Position numbers and translations under genes: made by a program | The notes under the pieces: generated by a model | What the model was told of the DNA's origin: nothing | The model's database searches: none | What the model saw: only the letters and a program-made list of their open reading frames with translations | Source of the DNA: an uncultured virus (IMG/VR IMGVR_UViG_3300037322_000284) | Taxonomy: Duplodnaviria > Heunggongvirae > Uroviricota > Caudoviricetes | Virus record (IMG/VR): IMGVR_UViG_3300037322_000284 | Strand: one strand, 5' to 3' | DNA: 20,000 bases | Shown here: piece by piece, positions 16,729 through 20,000 of the stretch | Layout of the letters: every line of letters starts with the position of its first letter | Position numbering within the stretch: the stretch's first letter is position 1

Positions 16729-17934
16729 TTAAACTTTTAGTGATCCGTTAACGCTTATATTTAAAGAGTTTGATTGTTTAACTATAAAGGCATTTCCGTT
16801 TTGTTCTGCTATTCTGAATTTTCCTCCTGGGCTTCTTAAAATAGATCCCCCTGTTGGAGTAAATGATACCTCTCCTGTGCCTAATCTTAAAAAACCTGCT
16901 TCAAAATTATCAGACAGTGTGTTTGGAACATTTATTGTGATGTTAGAGGCACCATTATCTATAAATATTAGATGATCTAAGTCCGCATTTAACAATAGAT
17001 AGTTTGTTGATGTTATAACTGTTTTTTGTAAATTTACTTTATTTATGATGTAAGGTGAAGATATTGTTCCTAAACCTGAAACTGTTAATCCGCTACCTAC
17101 ATTAATTTTTGTCTCCGATCCGTCAGGTATAACTATATCCGAAATTGTAGCTAAAATATAACTTCCTGCAACTTTTGCTGGAAAACTATAAGTCGCAATT
17201 CCTGAAGTAAGTCTGTCAAGGTTAAGAATATTAGTGGCACCACCAGATTGTGCATTATGCCACTTTAAAGTTGTACCAATAAGCTCCACTCTTTGTAAGC
17301 TACTATTGTAAATAGTTACCCCATTAAACCCGTAACTACTTCTTGGAAAACTGTTTACGCCATCAAATAAACTGTATGCTGAAAACCCAGTTGCCGTTAT
17401 AGGTTTTGTGATTACATTACTATTTAAATCTGTGACTTGTACTAAGTTTGGTATTGAAGTGGTTGCCGTGGTAATCACATATGGGGTGTCTGTAGTTCCT
17501 ATACCTGTTATAGTGACATTACTACCCGCATTTATCTTAGTTTCTGAACCGTCGGGGACTAGGACAGATAAATTTATAGTGTCGTCTTCGCTAACTATGT
17601 TTACAGAGTTATTTGTAGAGGTTAGAGTTTTTATTTTTCTTTTGCCAAGATTATCGATACCTGCATAAATTTGAGCTCCTATTCCTACGTTAACTAAATT
17701 TATGGAATCATTAAATTGAGCAATAGCTGTACAGATGTATTGATCCAAAGCTATTATAACTTCTGTAAGTGGTTGATTTGTTTCTATATTACTACATTCT
17801 AATCTATCTCCGTCATACAATACACAATCAGTGCTTAAATCTTTTACTTCGCACCCATCACAAGGGGTTGGAGCACATTGATTACATATACTGTGTTCTA
17901 CTGTGGTTTTTTTACAATTACAATTATTATCCAT
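16729..17934 (-). CDS. Tail fibre-like protein with Cys-rich N-terminus
   Basis: 401 aa. Cys-rich N-terminus, two PDGSETKINxGSxxTxxGxGTxxxPYxI repeats (17473-17556, 17044-17127) and a beta-rich C-terminal domain (YLLLNADLDHLIFIDN..ITINVP..GTGEVSF). Confidence 0.6.
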   Translation of the reverse strand: MDNNCNCKKTTVEHSICNQCAPTPCDGCEVKDLSTDCVLYDGDRLECSNIETNQPLTEVIIALDQYICTAIAQFNDSINLVNVGIGAQIYAGIDNLGKRKIKTLTSTNNSVNIVSEDDTINLSVLVPDGSETKINAGSNVTITGIGTTDTPYVITTATTSIPNLVQVTDLNSNVITKPITATGFSAYSLFDGVNSFPRSSYGFNGVTIYNSSLQRVELIGTTLKWHNAQSGGATNILNLDRLTSGIATYSFPAKVAGSYILATISDIVIPDGSETKINVGSGLTVSGLGTISSPYIINKVNLQKTVITSTNYLLLNADLDHLIFIDNGASNITINVPNTLSDNFEAGFLRLGTGEVSFTPTGGSILRSPGGKFRIAEQNGNAFIVKQSNSLNISVNGSLKV

Positions 17935-18166
17935 TTTGGTTAATTAAATTAGCGAGTTCAATTTCTAATGTGTTTACTCTGTTTCTTGCGTCAGATAATG
18001 ATAAAACTAATGCGTTTATTATCTCAGTTAATGTAGAGTTTAATGGTAATGATAAATAAGTTATAGCATTTTCTGTTATTATGCAATTTGTACTTGTTCT
18101 TTTACCACCACAAGGATCTATTATTAATTGGCTTGGTACTATTATACCTTGATTACATTCTGGCAT
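17927..18166 (-). CDS. Small Cys-containing coiled-coil hypothetical protein
   Basis: 79 aa, packed between neighbours (2-nt gap, 8-nt overlap). STNCI...TLTEIINAL motif plus coiled-coil ARNRVNTLEIELANL. Confidence 0.7.
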   Translation of the reverse strand: MPECNQGIIVPSQLIIDPCGGKRTSTNCIITENAITYLSLPLNSTLTEIINALVLSLSDARNRVNTLEIELANLINQNG

Positions 18167-18168
18167 TT

Positions 18169-18597
18169 TTATGGAGTGTTTAGATTAGTCAATATTAATT
18201 GTATAACTTCTTTTAAAGTTTGTGGTTGTGTATTACACTGGTTAGTTAATGTTCCAAAAATTAAAGAGCATCCTGTTATATCTTTATCACATATGTCTGT
18301 GTCCTCTAATGATAAAACTCTTGTTTTTAAGTTGCAAATTTCTTCTTCATACTTTAATAGTACATTTTTGACTATTAACTTACCCTCTGCTGTCCGCACG
18401 TAATCTAGGCAACTTTCTCCTAATAAGGTTAAATTTAATTCTTCTAATTGATTATAAATATCTTCAGTTGTATTTTCTATTGTTTTTGTACAATCCTCTT
18501 TTATATCTGAAAGATTATTTGTTATGCCCTCATACTCAACACACATAGCTGGTTTTAGTTCATCACATGTTTGGTAAACTTTATTACAATTTTTCAT
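18169..18597 (-). CDS. Cys-rich hypothetical protein (putative fibre/structural)
   Basis: 142 aa with multiple Cys, a CVEYEG motif, coiled-coil EEEICNLKTRVLSLE and TLKEVIQLI. Confidence 0.7.
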   Translation of the reverse strand: MKNCNKVYQTCDELKPAMCVEYEGITNNLSDIKEDCTKTIENTTEDIYNQLEELNLTLLGESCLDYVRTAEGKLIVKNVLLKYEEEICNLKTRVLSLEDTDICDKDITGCSLIFGTLTNQCNTQPQTLKEVIQLILTNLNTP

Positions 18598-18599
18598 TT

Positions 18600-18830
18600 T
18601 TATTTTTTTTCAATTTCAATTCCAACCATTTTCGAAAGCCCAAATACAAACAGGTCAAAAGCTTTCAAATACACCCCAACTCTAACAGCAATATCCCTTG
18701 GTATTTGTATGTCAGCAGCAACGATAAACGTAGCTATAGAAGTTAGAAGCAAAGTAACTCTAAAAACATTTTTTGCCCACAAAGGCGTTTTATTTTCAAA
18801 TTGCCCAAAACCAAATTTTGTGTTTTCCAT
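18600..18830 (-). CDS. Putative holin (small membrane protein, about 2 TM/amphipathic helices)
   Basis: 76 aa from ATG 18830: KTPLWAKNVFR, hydrophobic VTLLLTSIATFIVAA, a second amphipathic helix and a charged C-terminus (EIEKK). ATG in A-rich context preferred over the track's TTG at 18869. Confidence 0.55.
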   Translation of the reverse strand: MENTKFGFGQFENKTPLWAKNVFRVTLLLTSIATFIVAADIQIPRDIAVRVGVYLKAFDLFVFGLSKMVGIEIEKK

Positions 18831-18834
18831 TATT

Positions 18835-18909
18835 TTAATTTTCATAAGGATTAGATAAAATAACTGCAACTATTGCAGATATGATTATTATTAAGATTAT
18901 ATTTACCAT
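18835..18909 (-). CDS. 24-aa single-TM micropeptide (not in ORF track)
   Basis: MVNIILIIIISAIVAVILSNPYEN*. ATG is 2 nt after the upstream TAA and its TAA is 4 nt before the holin-like ATG, filling the gap. Confidence 0.6.
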   Translation of the reverse strand: MVNIILIIIISAIVAVILSNPYEN

Positions 18910-18911
18910 GA

Positions 18912-19613
18912 TTAATTAGGAGCGCATGAGCTTTCTAAACTGGTCGAATAAGATCTCACCCCATTAGTAAACGTCCAAAGGTCCCATAGAGATAAAGGTG
19001 GATTAGGTTGATTATAAGAGTATAATGTAGTGTTGAGTACAGAACCACCTGATCCAAGATTATAAAACAAGCCATCTTGATCTAAAAACACTAAAGCTAC
19101 AGTATTTAAACATGGATCTGTTCTATACTGTAGCTGTTGCACACGAGTTGAACACACTTCTCTTTGACTCGCTACACCAGTAGGACTAATTAGGAAAACG
19201 TAAACATCAGTACCATTACCAACTTTCCACCAATTGTTACCGCCGTTAAAATTAACTCCGTTAAATGTTACAGCGGATGGTAATGGCACGTTTATTAGAC
19301 TGCTACCTTGAAAACATAAAATCGCACCATCGCTGGCTGGATCTACAATTGAAGAGCAAGCCGAACTAACAGTCGATCCTGACAAACTAAGATCAGTAAA
19401 ATAGCAATTATTTAAGGCTCCACTCACCCACGCACTACGAGGCACTAACTGATTATTTGCAAAACCACTCATACTCCCAGCCGAAAGATTATACTTAGCT
19501 AGCGCAGCACTCTTAGTCATACATTGATTGCTAGTTACGTGCGACTGTCCTGCATTAAGAGTAAAGCCCAAACTTGAAGCTTGTGTAAACGTTACCATTT
19601 GATTCGATTCCAT
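18912..19613 (-). CDS. Fibre-associated hypothetical protein
   Basis: 233 aa starting 1 nt after the S74 fibre stop. SNQCMTK...ANNQLVP N-terminal motif, Ser/Gly/Cys-rich beta domains. Confidence 0.6.
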   Translation of the reverse strand: MESNQMVTFTQASSLGFTLNAGQSHVTSNQCMTKSAALAKYNLSAGSMSGFANNQLVPRSAWVSGALNNCYFTDLSLSGSTVSSACSSIVDPASDGAILCFQGSSLINVPLPSAVTFNGVNFNGGNNWWKVGNGTDVYVFLISPTGVASQREVCSTRVQQLQYRTDPCLNTVALVFLDQDGLFYNLGSGGSVLNTTLYSYNQPNPPLSLWDLWTFTNGVRSYSTSLESSCAPN

Positions 19614-19614
19614 A

Positions 19615-20000
19615 TTATTTAGCTTTTAAAAGTTCAATTTCTTTCTCTAAAACTCTGATTTTCTCTACTAGAATTTCAATATAGTTAACGCTTAAAAATC
19701 CTTTGTCGTCTTTATTAACTTGGTCGGGGTTTGTTGCTCTTACTCTTTGCGCTACGTAACCTATGTGTGTTTTATCGTCTCGTTTGTCTTTCCAAGTGTA
19801 ATAAATTACATCACCATCACGCTTAATGATGTTTTTTAAGCGAATATCTGATGATTGAAAAAATGAAGATGCTGTTACTGTTCCAGTAAACAAACCATTG
19901 TTATTTGTGTCAATTGTAAAAATATCGCTAAATGTGTCTGAAGGGTTTATAGTAGCGTTGTTGCTTCTAGTTAAAACAAACGGAGAACCCGAAGAAACCG
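19615..20000 (-). CDS. Tail fibre C-terminus with peptidase S74 intramolecular chaperone domain (5' truncated)
   Basis: SSDIRLKNI...YTWK...IGYVAQRV...LSVNY...KIRVLEKEIELLK is the S74 pattern. The frame stays open upstream of 19893 to the window edge (VSSGSPFVLTRSNNATINPSDTFSDIFTIDTNNNGLFTG). Confidence 0.85.
   Translation of the reverse strand, partial: VSSGSPFVLTRSNNATINPSDTFSDIFTIDTNNNGLFTGTVTASSFFQSSDIRLKNIIKRDGDVIYYTWKDKRDDKTHIGYVAQRVRATNPDQVNKDDKGFLSVNYIEILVEKIRVLEKEIELLKAK

Noticed and set aside
1199..18858. All plus-strand ORFs in the track
   Set aside because: They are antisense shadows of longer minus-strand genes, mostly with non-ATG starts and no recognisable motifs.
1..20000. 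Stop-codon reassignment (TAG/TGA) as in some crAss-like phages
   Set aside because: Genes tile the window under the standard code with no in-frame TAG/TGA interruptions. Exclusive TAA use fits the low GC.
1..20000. tRNA, rRNA, integrase, transposase or anti-phage defence genes
   Set aside because: No such motifs seen, and intergenic space is too small and AT-rich for structured RNA genes.

Overview
AT-rich (roughly 30% GC by eye) fragment of a tailed-phage genome, most consistent with the tail/virion module of a crAss-like (Crassvirales / phi14:2-related) podovirus of a Bacteroidota host, probably Flavobacteriaceae. All real genes are on the minus strand, tightly packed, end in TAA and lack Shine-Dalgarno motifs. 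In transcription order (right to left): truncated tail fibre with a peptidase S74 chaperone domain, a fibre-associated protein, an unannotated 24-aa membrane micropeptide, a holin-like gene, three Cys-rich paralog-like genes, a 64-aa repeat peptide, a second fibre-like protein, a double beta-helix depolymerase-like protein and a 178-aa structural protein. A terminator and a Bacteroidota-type promoter follow, then a ring-like protein, an IHF/HU-like protein, a tail tubular/ring protein, a 2197-aa tail stabilisation (muzzle-like) protein, a 307-aa protein, an SLT+HExxH protein and a truncated cargo-like protein. Most notable: (1) the muzzle-like gene appears split in two, with a Cys-repeat/PKD-like/DUF1566 adhesin-like cassette at the break; (2) a recurring xQQG(G) motif falls at domain boundaries in the putative ejected proteins; (3) the micropeptide upstream of the holin. 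Family calls come from motif recognition and gene order only; no searches were run.
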